From: Octopus bimaculoides
Lineage: Eukaryota
Reading direction: 5' to 3'
NCBI RefSeq assembly: GCF_001194135.2
Contig: NC_068984.1
Location: 42,682,640-42,722,220, forward strand
Length of the DNA stretch: 39,581 nt
Below, one piece after another: positions 1-10,992 of this stretch (the stretch's first letter is position 1; each line of letters opens with the position of its first letter). The translations under genes and the position numbers were made by a program. The notes below the pieces were generated by a model that saw nothing but the letters and a program-made list of their open reading frames with translations, was not told where the DNA came from and ran no database searches.

Positions 1-84
1 TGTACAGTTTTGTTCAAGTGAATGTTTAAGAAACCATAAGAAAATTATGTGTTTGCTTTAAAATTTGAGATCACATAGACAGTA

Positions 85-87
<3 letters not shown>

Positions 88-157
<70 letters not shown>

Positions 158-197
158 ACTATTATTGTTATTATTATTATTATCATTATTATTATTT
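88..197. repeat. (ATT)n microsatellite
   Basis: Direct reading of an ATT run with a few interruptions. Confidence 0.95.
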
Positions 198-219
198 TTT
201 GTTTGTTTTAATTAAACAG

Positions 220-263
220 AGTCTTTGTCATGGCTTCACCAGTAAGCAACAAACTCAGATTTC
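220..263 (+). CDS. Candidate host-gene exon (VFVMASPVSNKLRF), product unknown
   Basis: T-rich tract, then AG at 218-219; GTAAGT donor at 264-269; open frame; ATG at 230. Splices in phase 1 onto 359-488. Confidence 0.35.
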
Positions 264-358
264 GTAAGTTATAACTAAAGGTGAAAAAATTGTTTCAATG
301 TAAAGGAGAACGGCGATGATTCAGAAGTAAAGGTTCTTCGACATTTTCATTATTGTAG

Positions 359-488
359 GTTGTGGAAAGCTCATTGCTTTTGCCAGACTTTTACTATCCA
401 TGAGAAGAAATAAAAAGTCAAATAAGACAAGTCGAACTAGAATGAAATATTCTGAATCTTTTGAGTATGAACTGATCAAACTAGAAAG
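359..488 (+). CDS. Candidate host-gene exon (RCGKLIAFARLLLSMRRNKKSNKTSRTRMKYSESFEYELIKLE), product unknown
   Basis: Acceptor ttttcattattgtag (AG 357-358) and donor AG|gtaaaa at 489. Only one frame is open, and it is the one that continues from exon 220-263 across a 95-nt intron. No family recognised. Confidence 0.35.
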
Positions 489-978
489 GTAAAAAATATT
501 TCAGAAGGCAGGTTTTTAATACTAACTTTTAATGTGGGAAGTTAAATGAATGTCATTAAGTATCCTTTTCTGAGAATGCTAAGAATATTTTAGAAATTCA
601 CAAGCCTTAAATACGAGCATTCCAAAATCTGTTATTTTTCAACCTTCGAATAATTTCCGGAATACTTGAAATGTTATTTCTTTTCACCCCAAGTAAGAAA
701 TGTATCACAAAATAACATATTAAAACGGCAATAGCAATGTGTCAAAATATAGAGTCGGTCACTGCCTGTAGGTGTATGGGAGCCGAAGGCTCCAAATTCT
801 CGCGAAATATATGAAAGAACACAAAGAAAACACGTGTTAAGACAAAATAGCAAAGAAGGAGCTGAAAGGTTTCAATTAAATAGAAAAACACGTGGAATTC
901 TTGCATGATAATGATAGAAATAAGAATCGACGTTATCAGCATACACGATTTTAGTGAATATATATATATATATATATA

Positions 979-1025
<47 letters not shown>

Positions 1026-1160
1026 CTGTATTTTAACATAATACCATGAAATTCGATATTTAAAAAATTCTCATGAAGATATATATGTCTAAAATAGTAT
1101 GGTATTGAAAATATATGTAAATATATGAAACATGACAGTTTAAAATCTTGTTAATTAATG

Positions 1161-1252
1161 CATCTTGCGATTGTTTCACGAAAGTATTGTCATCATAATG
1201 GAATCCATTGTTGATACACATTGATAGACAATACTTCCGCTCGTCAGAGATG
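1161..1252 (-). ncRNA. Type I minimal hammerhead ribozyme, probably inactive (U16.1>C)
   Basis: Minus strand reads CAUCU (stem I), CUGACGA, a 14-bp stem II (GCGGAAGUAUUGUC/GACAAUACUUUCGU), GAAA, C-AAUC-G, C-A, then AGAUG (stem I'). Both core boxes match the hammerhead consensus; the triplet is GCA instead of NUH. Confidence 0.8.
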
Positions 1253-1345
1253 GGGAAGATAAAGTTTTTATAATGTATCGAATGTTGTTTTAAAATTAGA
1301 AAAATATATAAGAAAGTATTTTTGAAAAATATGTTAAAATTTACT

Positions 1346-1520
1346 GGTTTATATTTATGCAGGTAGACTTTGGTAAGAAAATTAAAAGTTTGTATATATA
1401 TATCCTTGGTAAGTTCATCTCAATCATCCATGACGGGTTTTGATTTATGCAGATTTCGGTAACAAAATTTCAAGTTTGCATATATATATCCTTGGTAAAT
1501 TCATCTTGGTTATCCATGAC
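1346..1520. repeat. Two-copy ~88 bp tandem duplication
   Basis: The unit atttatgcag...ggtaa.aaaatt..aagtttg.atatatatatccttggtaa.ttcatct...t.atccatgac occurs at about 1346-1434 and 1436-1520. Confidence 0.85.
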
Positions 1521-1673
1521 AATTTTGAATAAAGAGTACCTTATCCTGCATTCCCTATTGACAGTTTTATACAAAGAGCACTCATTATGAGTTCAGTGTA
1601 TAATATTCTAATAGAATATATTTAATTAAGGATACACACATATAAATGTATGTATATATATATATATATATAT

Positions 1674-2344
1674 NNNNNNNNNNNNNNNNNNNNNNNNNNN
1701 NNNNNNNNNNNNNNNNNNNNNNNNNNNNNNNNNNNNNNNNNNNNNNNNNNNNNNNNNNNNNNNNNNNNNNNNNNNNNNNNNNNNNNNNNNNNNNNNNNNN
1801 NNNNNNNNNNNNNNNNNNNNNNNNNNNNNNNNNNNNNNNNNNNNNNNNNNNNNNNNNNNNNNNNNNNNNNNNNNNNNNNNNNNNNNNNNNNNNNNNNNNN
1901 NNNNNNNNNNNNNNNNNNNNNNNNNNNNNNNNNNNNNNNNNNNNNNNNNNNNNNNNNNNNNNNNNNNNNNNNNNNNNNNNNNNNNNNNNNNNNNNNNNNN
2001 NNNNNNNNNNNNNNNNNNNNNNNNNNNNNNNNNNNNNNNNNNNNNNNNNNNNNNNNNNNNNNNNNNNNNNNNNNNNNNNNNNNNNNNNNNNNNNNNNNNN
2101 NNNNNNNNNNNNNNNNNNNNNNNNNNNNNNNNNNNNNNNNNNNNNNNNNNNNNNNNNNNNNNNNNNNNNNNNNNNNNNNNNNNNNNNNNNNNNNNNNNNN
2201 NNNNNNNNNNNNNNNNNNNNNNNNNNNNNNNNNNNNNNNNNNNNNNNNNNNNNNNNNNNNNNNNNNNNNNNNNNNNNNNNNNNNNNNNNNNNNNNNNNNN
2301 NNNNNNNNNNNNNNNNNNNNNNNNNNNNNNNNNNNNNNNNNNNN
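1674..2344. other. Assembly gap (first of about 12; others at 8013, 12457, 14041, 17712, 18954, 21144, 32477, 33519, 34470, 36553, 38133)
   Basis: Runs of N, mostly bordered by (TA)n or (TG)n. ORFs crossing them are artefacts. Confidence 0.98.
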
Positions 2345-3266
2345 CAAACTTAAAGGGAAATTGAATATTGTTTTGATAATTATACCTAAAATACAAAATT
2401 GCTCTGAAATGCTCCTTGAAAAATCTACTGTTTTGTGTGAAATTGTGAATATACTAGTTTCACTCGTCTTCTATAATTCAGAGATGTGGATCGTTGTATT
2501 TGCAGCTTCTGTCAATTTCCCCGACATGTGTGATAAGCTACTGTGTGTGTGTGTGTGTTTGTGTGTGTTTGTGTGTTTGTGTGTGTTTGTGTGTGTGTGT
2601 GTGTGTGTGTTTGTGTGTGCGTGCGCGCGCGCATGTGTGTGCGTGTGCGCGTATATTACATGGAAAGTTACACGGAAAACTTCGATACGGAATCGAACCA
2701 CACTTCTGCAGTAAACTAAACGATTGTGACGCATCCACACCAAAGAGTTGGCAGTCTTAAAGGGTGAAATTTGCTGTATTAATCATAGAAGCGAGAAAGA
2801 ACAACATTTGATGATATTTTGAACAATTTTTAGTTCATAATTTGAAAAATAGTTGAGTACAAATTATATATTCTGGTTAGTTTATTTCTTTTTACCAAAA
2901 TTCCACATTTAAATATCGTGTTCAAACTGCATGTAAGAGAAAATATTTCTTTTCATTGTTTTACATTCAAATTAATTTTCTAGAATTTCAAATTTTAAGC
3001 TCGATGAACCGGACCATTAATTTTCATAACGTTTGAATACATTTCAAGTATTATAATTTAATTTTATAAAAATCGAGTGTGTGATTTTCACAGATAACAT
3101 TACTTCAGTATTTTAGAAGAATAAAGAAATTCGAACGTGAAACCATTACTGAACATATCGTTTTTTATCTCGAGCATGCTGAACTCAAATATGACTTTTC
3201 AAATGATGAATTTTTGACATCGATTTCAAATTCGATACTATGCCAGGAATTTTGGGAGAGAGAGCA

Positions 3267-3320
3267 AGTTGATTATTCGGAAAGGATGAAAGGTAATGTC
3301 GATCTTGGCGGAATTTAAAG
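3267..3320 (-). mobile_element. tRNA-SINE (family A) central fragment
   Basis: cggaaaggatgaaaggtaatgtcgatcttggcggaattt matches the central part of the copies at 4990-5193 and 10283-10472. Confidence 0.6.
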
Positions 3321-4849
3321 AATAAAAAAAACAAAAACAAAAAAAAAACAGAATTTTAAATAACAGCTACATTTTACTGCATATACAGTTTCGAGGAAAT
3401 AACCCTAATTTACTGCGGTCCACCACTATATCAAATCATACTTAGTGAAAATAGTACTTAAGAGCTCTTTAAATAAATATGATTACATATTAATAAAGTA
3501 CTCGTAGAACACTCTAAGTAAATACGATTATAAGATAATGTTTAAAAATTCAAACGTGAAACTGAAAAATATATCATTTTGTATTTCTCATGTTATACAC
3601 AAAGAGAGTATGTTAATCTATATATTATTAGCTATTATAACTATATTTGCTTTTGAATAATATTGTAAGAGATTTATTTTCAAATTTCTCAATGCTTAAA
3701 ATATAGACTAAAAATAGATTCCTTTTATTCGCTTGAAAGATTAAACCGTTCAATTTCGCAATTAAAAGTCAACCGGTCTCTTTGGTATACTGGCATGCAG
3801 TTTGATTCCTGTGGGTAAGGTTTTATTCGCATAGCATTCTTTTCAGTATTTCCTCACTAATTATGAGCTATTATTTCCAGTAACATTTGCATTCTAGCAA
3901 CTTCATAAAAAAAAACTTATTTCTCAATTTCTAAACGATTCAAAATATGATCTGAATACAGATGTGTGTGTATGTATGCATGTTATGGAAGATAAATGAA
4001 ATACTCTGTACATGTAAAAGTAGGAGAGAGATTAAAGAACAACTGAACGAGAATGCAAACCAGTTTCACGTGACATACAAACAAAGCTTCTGTAACGTAC
4101 ACTAATACCTCTCCTGAAGAACCGCATTTCAAGATTCAATCTCTGTAAGACACTTTTCCTGTTTCATCCCACTTCTAAACAAACGGACCTCGGACCGGCA
4201 ATGCACTAGTTTTGGCTGTACCTGGATTTCCCTGTGGAATTTAGTAAAGATTAATTGAAAAAAGAAAACGAGATAATACTTCTAGATAAACCACGATGGT
4301 GGATTGGTAGAATCATTAGACGGCTAGGAAAATGCATTGTGGTATTTGTTCTAGTACTTTATGATCCAAGCTCAAATTCCTCGAAGACCAATTATTTCTT
4401 TCATTCTGCTGTAATTGATAAAAATATGTAACAGTCAAGCACACAGTCCATCCAATCGACTGCTCACCTCTCAAAATTGCTGACCTTGTTCCTAAACCAG
4501 AAAAAAGCAATTTCTACACAGACACGCATTAATGCACATACCTGTGTGCTTGTCTGTTTGTACCTGCTTTTGTGTGTGTGCGCGCGCGAAGAGGAGACAG
4601 GCAGAGGTAGAAAGAAGGAAAGAGATGATGATGAAGTGAAGGAAACAGGGAAAAGGGGAGAACAAAATTATCAGAAGCTATGAGTTGATTGGAGAAGTTT
4701 GAAATGAATAAGGGTCAGAGCTTGTAAGTGAAGAATATAAAATAATATATTATTATATTATATTATATGTAAGGATGTATGTATGCGTACACATGAAAGG
4801 AACACAGAAAGAAACAAGGAGAGATAAAAATGTGTGTAGTGGTTGGAGT

Positions 4850-4977
4850 AAGCACATAAATGTGAAACAAGGTGCAAAAAAGAGTACTCAAATACCAGAG
4901 GTAGAATAATATGATTTATTTAAAAGCAGCAGAAATATAACAAAAGCTGTTACTCAGAGTTTCACGTTCCCGTTCGT
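4850..4977 (-). mobile_element. Penelope-like terminal-repeat fragment carrying a 5'-truncated hammerhead
   Basis: Minus strand reads ACGA, ACG-GGAA-CGU, GAAA, CUC-U-GAG, UA, ACAG at 4977-4947, then AATAAA at 4920-4915. A hammerhead followed by a polyA signal is the arrangement described for Penelope-like terminal repeats. Confidence 0.6.
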
Positions 4978-4989
4978 ATATATGCATTG

Positions 4990-5193
4990 GTTTCAAATTT
5001 TAGTACAAATTCAGGAATTTCAGGCGGCTAAGTCAATTATATCGACTCCCCAGTGCTTAACTGGTACTTATTTTATCGAACCGAAATGCTGAATGGTAAA
5101 GTCAACCGCGGTGGAATTTGAACGCAAAACGTACAAACGGTCGAAATGCAGCCATTTTACCCAGCGTGATAACGATTCTGCCAGCTCGTCGTT
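4990..5193 (-). mobile_element. tRNA-derived SINE, family A
   Basis: Minus strand has an A-box-like TGGCAGAATCG and a B-box GTTCAAATTCC, then a central ...ttcgataaaataagtaccagtt...ctgggg..tcgat block shared with other copies in the window. Confidence 0.85.
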
Positions 5194-5435
5194 TTTATAC
5201 ATATGTGCATAATCTGAAATATTCCTGTTGACTGGAACTTCAAGATTCATGGAACGAGTTTTTCAAACAGAATGACTGTATGAATTAAACGCAAGACGAC
5301 ACGAATTCTAGAATATATTTGACTCTACTTTCTAGATTTAGTTACTCTATAAATGTACCGTTGTGATTCGCAAACCAGCTTTAAAGGAATAACTCTAATT
5401 CCATATATACATATGGGCATATGTTTGCTTAGTCG

Positions 5436-5476
<41 letters not shown>

Positions 5477-6244
5477 CATGCACACATTTACGTCTATATG
5501 TGTGTTTATATGTATATATATGTGTGTATGTGTTTGTGTGTGTGAGTGTGGGCGTATGCGCACGCACGTGGGCATGTGAGTGTATACATATGTAAGTACA
5601 CATACATATACATGTGTGGCATGTGTGTGTCTATGTGAGTCTGCGTCTGTGTGTATGTGTGTATATGTGCTGTATGTACGTGCGTATATCACCGGGACAT
5701 TTTTCCATGTAAAGTAATACATATTGATTGCTCAGTATAAGAGGCCAGGGACTGCAGTTCTTGAAAAATAATATTTTGGTATCAATGGTTATATTCGTTA
5801 ATGCACTTTTGCAATATAGTACTGTTTTTAATTGTCAGAAGCTTGAACACGAATGAAGTTTCCCCGAATTTTGATAGCCGTGATTTATTGTCGCGATTAT
5901 AATTAATTTCTTAAAATCCAAATCAACATTCATTAATTTTGCCTAATGAAGTTCGCGGAAGTAGTTTTACTTAGTTGGCATGTCTGAAGAAACTCAACGT
6001 GTCCGAGTGGTTTATGACTTAGATTGAATATGTCTAAATTATGTATATATCTATTTGTATGTATGTATGTATGTATGTATGTATGTATGTATGTATGTAT
6101 GTATGTGTGCATGTATGTATGCATGCATACATGCATGTATGTACGTATGCATGCATGTATACATGTATGTGTGTGTATAAGTATGTTTATATTTTTCTAT
6201 ATTTTTGAGAAGGGTCAAAGCACGGAGTCAGTAACTTCTACTGT

Positions 6245-6247
<3 letters not shown>

Positions 6248-6281
<34 letters not shown>

Positions 6282-6303
6282 TAATAATAATAATAATAAT
6301 AAT
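6248..6303. repeat. (AAT)n tract at the 5' junction of an R4/Dong LINE
   Basis: Direct reading. Confidence 0.95.
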
Positions 6304-7371
6304 GTGTCAAAATTTATGTAAAGAGGAAAGAAGGAGGACGGGGATTGGTGCGTTGTGAAGGTTGTGTAAGGGAAGAGGAGAATAGCCTGGTTTGGTAAAG
6401 AAGAAATGATTGAAGCAGTGAAAATGCAAGGTATCTTAAAAGTGAACGGAACCGTAGATCCAACGCAATTTAAGAAAGACCAGAGAGAGCAGATGAAGAA
6501 AATTTTGCAGGACAAGAAAATACAGTCAGTTCTTGAAGAATAAAGATGAGATTAATTGGAATAGACCCTGGCAATGGCTGCAGAAAGGAAACTTAAAAAT
6601 GTCAACTAAGGCATTAAAAGGGCCCGCTGAACGCTCAAGAACAAGCTATCAGAACAAACTACTCCAAATATCACATTGATAAAAGCACTGTCTCGCCACA
6701 GTGTAGAATGTGCTCTGAGAAGGGAGAAAGTATAAGTCATATTGTTAGTGAGTGCTGTAAGCTCGCACAACGCAAATACAAAAGGAGACATGACAATGTG
6801 GTCAGATATGTCTACTGGCTGTTGGGCGGTAAAGCAAACCTCGAGTGAACCGAATAGCGGTATGAAGACAAGCCAGAGAGAGTAATGGAAAACGAACATT
6901 ACAAAATACTCTAGGATTTTAACATGCAGTGCGACCAAGTTATAGAGGTGAGACGGCCAGATATCGTGATCTTCTAAAAAGATAAAAATGAAGCAAAGAT
7001 AATAGATGTTGCAATAACAGGCGATTCCAGGGTGAAATGTAAGGAAACAGAAAAGAGTGAGAAATACCAGCCACTGCAGGACGAGATAGGTAAGTTATGG
7101 AGCATGAGGAAAGTAATGGTGATACCGGTGGTAACTGGAGCATTCGGAGCTGTTTTCAAGAGCTTTGAAAAGCATAATTAGAATATTTGAGCTGCTGTCA
7201 GGCACGAAGTGATCCAGAAGACAGCACTGTTGGGTACTGCTCACATTCTAAAGAGAATATTGTCTCTTTGAGTCACAGGAGAAGGCACTACTTGAAACCT
7301 TTGGTGATTTGTTATTGCCTGCTTTCAAGTAAAAATCAACCGGTAATTAAGAACTATCTGAGAGCCTTTCA

Positions 7372-7372
<1 letters not shown>
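6304..7372 (+). mobile_element. 5'-truncated R4/Dong-clade non-LTR retrotransposon (zinc knuckle + REL endonuclease), decayed
   Basis: Hand translation through stops and frameshifts gives IYVKRKEGGRGL, QEQAIRTN, CRMC..ESISHIVSEC (6702-6755), KRRHDNV, RRPDIV (RPD at 6954-6962), IIDVAI, EKSEKY, VIPVVTGAFG and IQKTALLGTAHILKRILSL* (stop 7269-7271). A 3' UTR and (AAT)n tail follow. Confidence 0.92.
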
Positions 7373-7465
<93 letters not shown>

Positions 7466-7497
7466 TATTATTATTATTATTATTATTTATTATTATA
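7373..7497. repeat. (AAT)n tail switching to (ATT)n
   Basis: AAT run to about 7464, then an ATT run. Confidence 0.95.
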
Positions 7498-7705
7498 TAA
7501 GATTCAGAGATCGAGGTATCAGAAGAAAGTTAGCTTCAACAAACAGTAGAAAATATAAAAAAATACAACATTCAGGGACAATAATGGTTTCTTGAGACGG
7601 AAGGTTGTGGATTTCTTCGTATTGGAGTACGATAAACTGAAAAAAGTTCTTTTCATATTTGAGGTAGGCAATCAGAGTTGCCGGGTGTGCGAATAAGAAT
7701 ACATG

Positions 7706-7949
7706 AGTTTAGAAATGGAGTAGATAATATCTGGGCTATATATGTTTCATAGCGAGCGGAACCACAGAAGTCGTAAATATCCAATCTTCCATGTGTTAAC
7801 ATGTGCCTCCTTGCGACAATGTAAACTTCCATTTAAGCAAGATATCCTGGGCCTGAAGAGTAGCTTGCAGTATACACCTCGCTTGGATATTTACCGCTTC
7901 TGAGGTTCCGCTCGCTATATAACATATCTAGCTCGGCTCCATTCCTTAA

Positions 7950-7951
<2 letters not shown>
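7706..7951. mobile_element. Fold-back / MITE-like element
   Basis: 7733-7784 matches the reverse complement of 7883-7934 at 45/52 positions, with a 98-bp spacer. An outer match of 7706-7720 to 7937-7951 is 13/15. No target-site duplication seen. Confidence 0.7.
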
Positions 7952-7953
<2 letters not shown>

Positions 7954-8012
<59 letters not shown>

Positions 8013-8022
8013 NNNNNNNNNN

Positions 8023-8090
<68 letters not shown>

Positions 8091-8237
8091 GTGTCTGTGT
8101 CTGTGTGTGTCTGTGTGTGCGCATGCGTGTGTGTATAAATTTATACTCATGTTTCCAGTTCTAGTTTCCCATTTATATCACCAAACCTATACAGGTAGCA
8201 AGACAGAAATGTAGATAGATGGATGGATGGATGGATG

Positions 8238-8312
<75 letters not shown>
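7954..8312. repeat. (TG)n/(TCTG)n and (GGAT)/(GATA)/(GACA)n microsatellites
   Basis: Direct reading: 7954-8135 and 8211-8312, separated by ~75 bp of unique sequence. Confidence 0.9.
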
Positions 8313-8315
<3 letters not shown>

Positions 8316-9236
8316 TAGTTAACACATTTAAAGTAAACGTGGATATGACTATGTCTATAACTATTGTTGTGTATATTTATATATGAATAAATGTGTAGTG
8401 CACATAGAAACACATATGTATATAATTTATATCCATATAGACAAACTTTGTACAAAAATCTCAGAACACTCTGATATGTCTATATTTTGTTTCTCCTATC
8501 TCCAACATTTCCTTTTCCAAAATTCTCTTAATATGCCTTAATTGAATTCCTCCATTCCTTTAGTCTCTAAGGAGCTGTTTTTGATTCATATACGAGTTGT
8601 ATCTATTTAAGCATTCATCCATTCATGTTTCCATATATGTATTTGTGTGTATACATACATACACAGACACACACATTTACACACTCATGCACAAATACAC
8701 ACAGACACACACATTTACACACGCATGCACAAATATACACAGACTACACACATTCACATACGCATGCACAAAAACACACAGACTCACACATATGATATCA
8801 TATGTATATATTTATATAATTGTTTTAAACAACGGCAATTGTATAATCTGACATATCTAAGTATTTAATTCTCATCTCCCCAATGGGATTGAAATTTATT
8901 CCCATTGCCTTTTGCGATGTCTGCAATTAATTTTAAATCTCAGATTCATTGCTTACTACTTTTTTCTTTTCTTCCATTCGTTTTGCTTTACCATTGTCTT
9001 CTTTTTCTGTGCGAAGAAACTCATTCATCATGTCCCATCTGTGGAGATTGACTAAATATTGTTACACGTGTGTTCCATTCTCATGAAGTACAACTGCTTT
9101 GACCTACCAACTATCGCCCTAACACACTCACTTCAAACACCAAAAAGGTATTGGAGACAGTCATTAATATAGGAATTCTTTCATCTCTCATTTTGTGTCT
9201 CTGTTTCTGTTTTTCTCTATCTCTCTTTCTTTCTCA

Positions 9237-9242
<6 letters not shown>

Positions 9243-9330
<88 letters not shown>
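9243..9330. repeat. (CT)n microsatellite
   Basis: Direct reading. Confidence 0.95.
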
Positions 9331-9333
<3 letters not shown>

Positions 9334-10282
9334 TGATGACCTTCAGAACGGTTTTCATATATCTAAAAGTTCTAAACCTACACTCATTTGTTTATTTTTA
9401 AAATTTTTATTTTTCTCTTTTACCAGCGAACTTTCACTGTAAAATGCAAAGTTGTTATCCGCAATATAGTAAAGCCTGTGACAGTATTAAGCACGCAATC
9501 TTCTACCAAAACTACTCACCTAGAGGCTCCAATAGTTTCTCGTTACTTGGATCGGTATCTTACAATTAGAACGAACTATCATGATCTGTGCCGATAGAGC
9601 TCGCTCTGACCCACGCTCAATCAACTTTGGTGTTTCCTAGAGTATGGTTATGTGTTTTTACTCTCCCGTACTCTTAATCCCCTATATTGATACTTACTTG
9701 TTGCATCAAATAACGCCCGCACTTAGTTTATGATACAACCTTCATTATACTCTAAATCTTAGTCGGCTACTTATACACATTGCATCTTGAATTCCTCCGC
9801 CGCGCCCCTGCCGATTGCATGAACAGCGACCTCGAAAGCATCCCACAAAAGACTATAATCCTCTTCAATAGCAACAAAACGATGCGAGCATTGTTCATAT
9901 GAAGAAAACCTCGTTGTGCCTCTTTACCCTTAAATATGAGAAGCATACGATGAGAGCTTTTGGGGTTCCTCGGAATGATTGAACTCACTATTTTTAAGGA
10001 ACTCTCATAGCGAACGCATGACCTTAGACAGCATCTCAAGATTTGGACCTTCTTTTCATACCCAAACAACACTCCTGCTACTTCCTGTCTTCTCTACATT
10101 TTATGCTGCTTTCTACAGGTGATACATTGTTCTCTGTGGATGGGTGTTAAGAAGGAAGAGGATATGGATGTCTAGATGCAAGTATCGCAGTGTATCTGTA
10201 TCGTGAAGCAAGTCAAGTGTGAGTGGAGTAAAAGCATTTCTGTGAAGTTGTGAGAGCGTGAGCAAGGGAATAAATATATTCT

Positions 10283-10472
10283 TTTCTACTCTAGGCACAA
10301 GGCCCGAAATTTTGTGGGAGGGGGCCTGTCGATTAGATCGAACCAGTACGCAACTGGTACTTAATTTATCAACCCCAGAAAGGATGACAGGCAAAGTCAA
10401 CCTTGGCGGAATTTAAACTCAGAACGTAAAGACAGACGAATTACCAATATTTCGCCCGGCGTGCTAACGTTT
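10283..10472 (-). mobile_element. tRNA-derived SINE, family A
   Basis: ...actggtacttaatttatcaaccccagaaaggatgacaggcaaagtcaaccttggcggaatttaaactcagaacgtaaagac...cccggcgtgctaacg has the same layout as 4990-5193. Confidence 0.85.
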
Positions 10473-10476
10473 CGTA

Positions 10477-10591
10477 TTTCTTTATTGCCCACAAGGAGCT
10501 AAACATAGAGGGGACAAACAAGGACAGACAAAGGGATTAAGTCAATTAAATCAACCCCAGCGCATAACTGGTACTTGATTTATCGACCCCT
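10477..10591 (-). mobile_element. Second, 5'-truncated family A SINE with a different 3' tail
   Basis: aagtcaattaaatcaaccccagcgcataactggtacttgatttatcgacccc repeats the central block. The adjoining tail (gcccacaaggagctaaacatagaggggac) differs from that of the neighbouring copy. Confidence 0.75.
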
Positions 10592-10928
10592 CTTTTCATT
10601 CGCAATTCCTCGCTTGTGTTTGTTAGACGTGTATATACGTCTATATATGAATAGATATATGTGGATATATTTCATTTTACTTTATTATACTATTGCTTTC
10701 CTAACTCCATAATAGTGAGAATGTACGTAAGAAGTATATATATGAGCATGTGTATATGAATACATGTGTATGTTTTTGTATATACAAACGTCTATTTATA
10801 GATCCATGTGTGGGTACATAAATATACACATTGTATGTGGGTTACATTTTTCAACCCGACATATATTGTTATAAACAGTAATGATAGTAAGAATATTAGT
10901 AAGAACCATTTATATGAGCAAATATATG

Positions 10929-10992
<64 letters not shown>

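Noticed and set aside
1622-2714. Long ORFs of 230-350 aa here and at 12395-14922, 18838-19605, 21022-21762 and 32275-33888
   Set aside because: They consist of N-gaps plus YI/CV/TH dipeptide runs from microsatellites.
9520-9558. 39-nt minus-strand phase 1-1 candidate exon (TDPSNEKLLEPL)
   Set aside because: Good donor but weak AAG acceptor; too short to support without RNA data.
9767-10072. Relatively GC-rich 101-aa minus-strand ORF; another frame has LLWDAFEVAV, faintly LINE-like
   Set aside because: No diagnostic motif in any frame; cannot be assigned.
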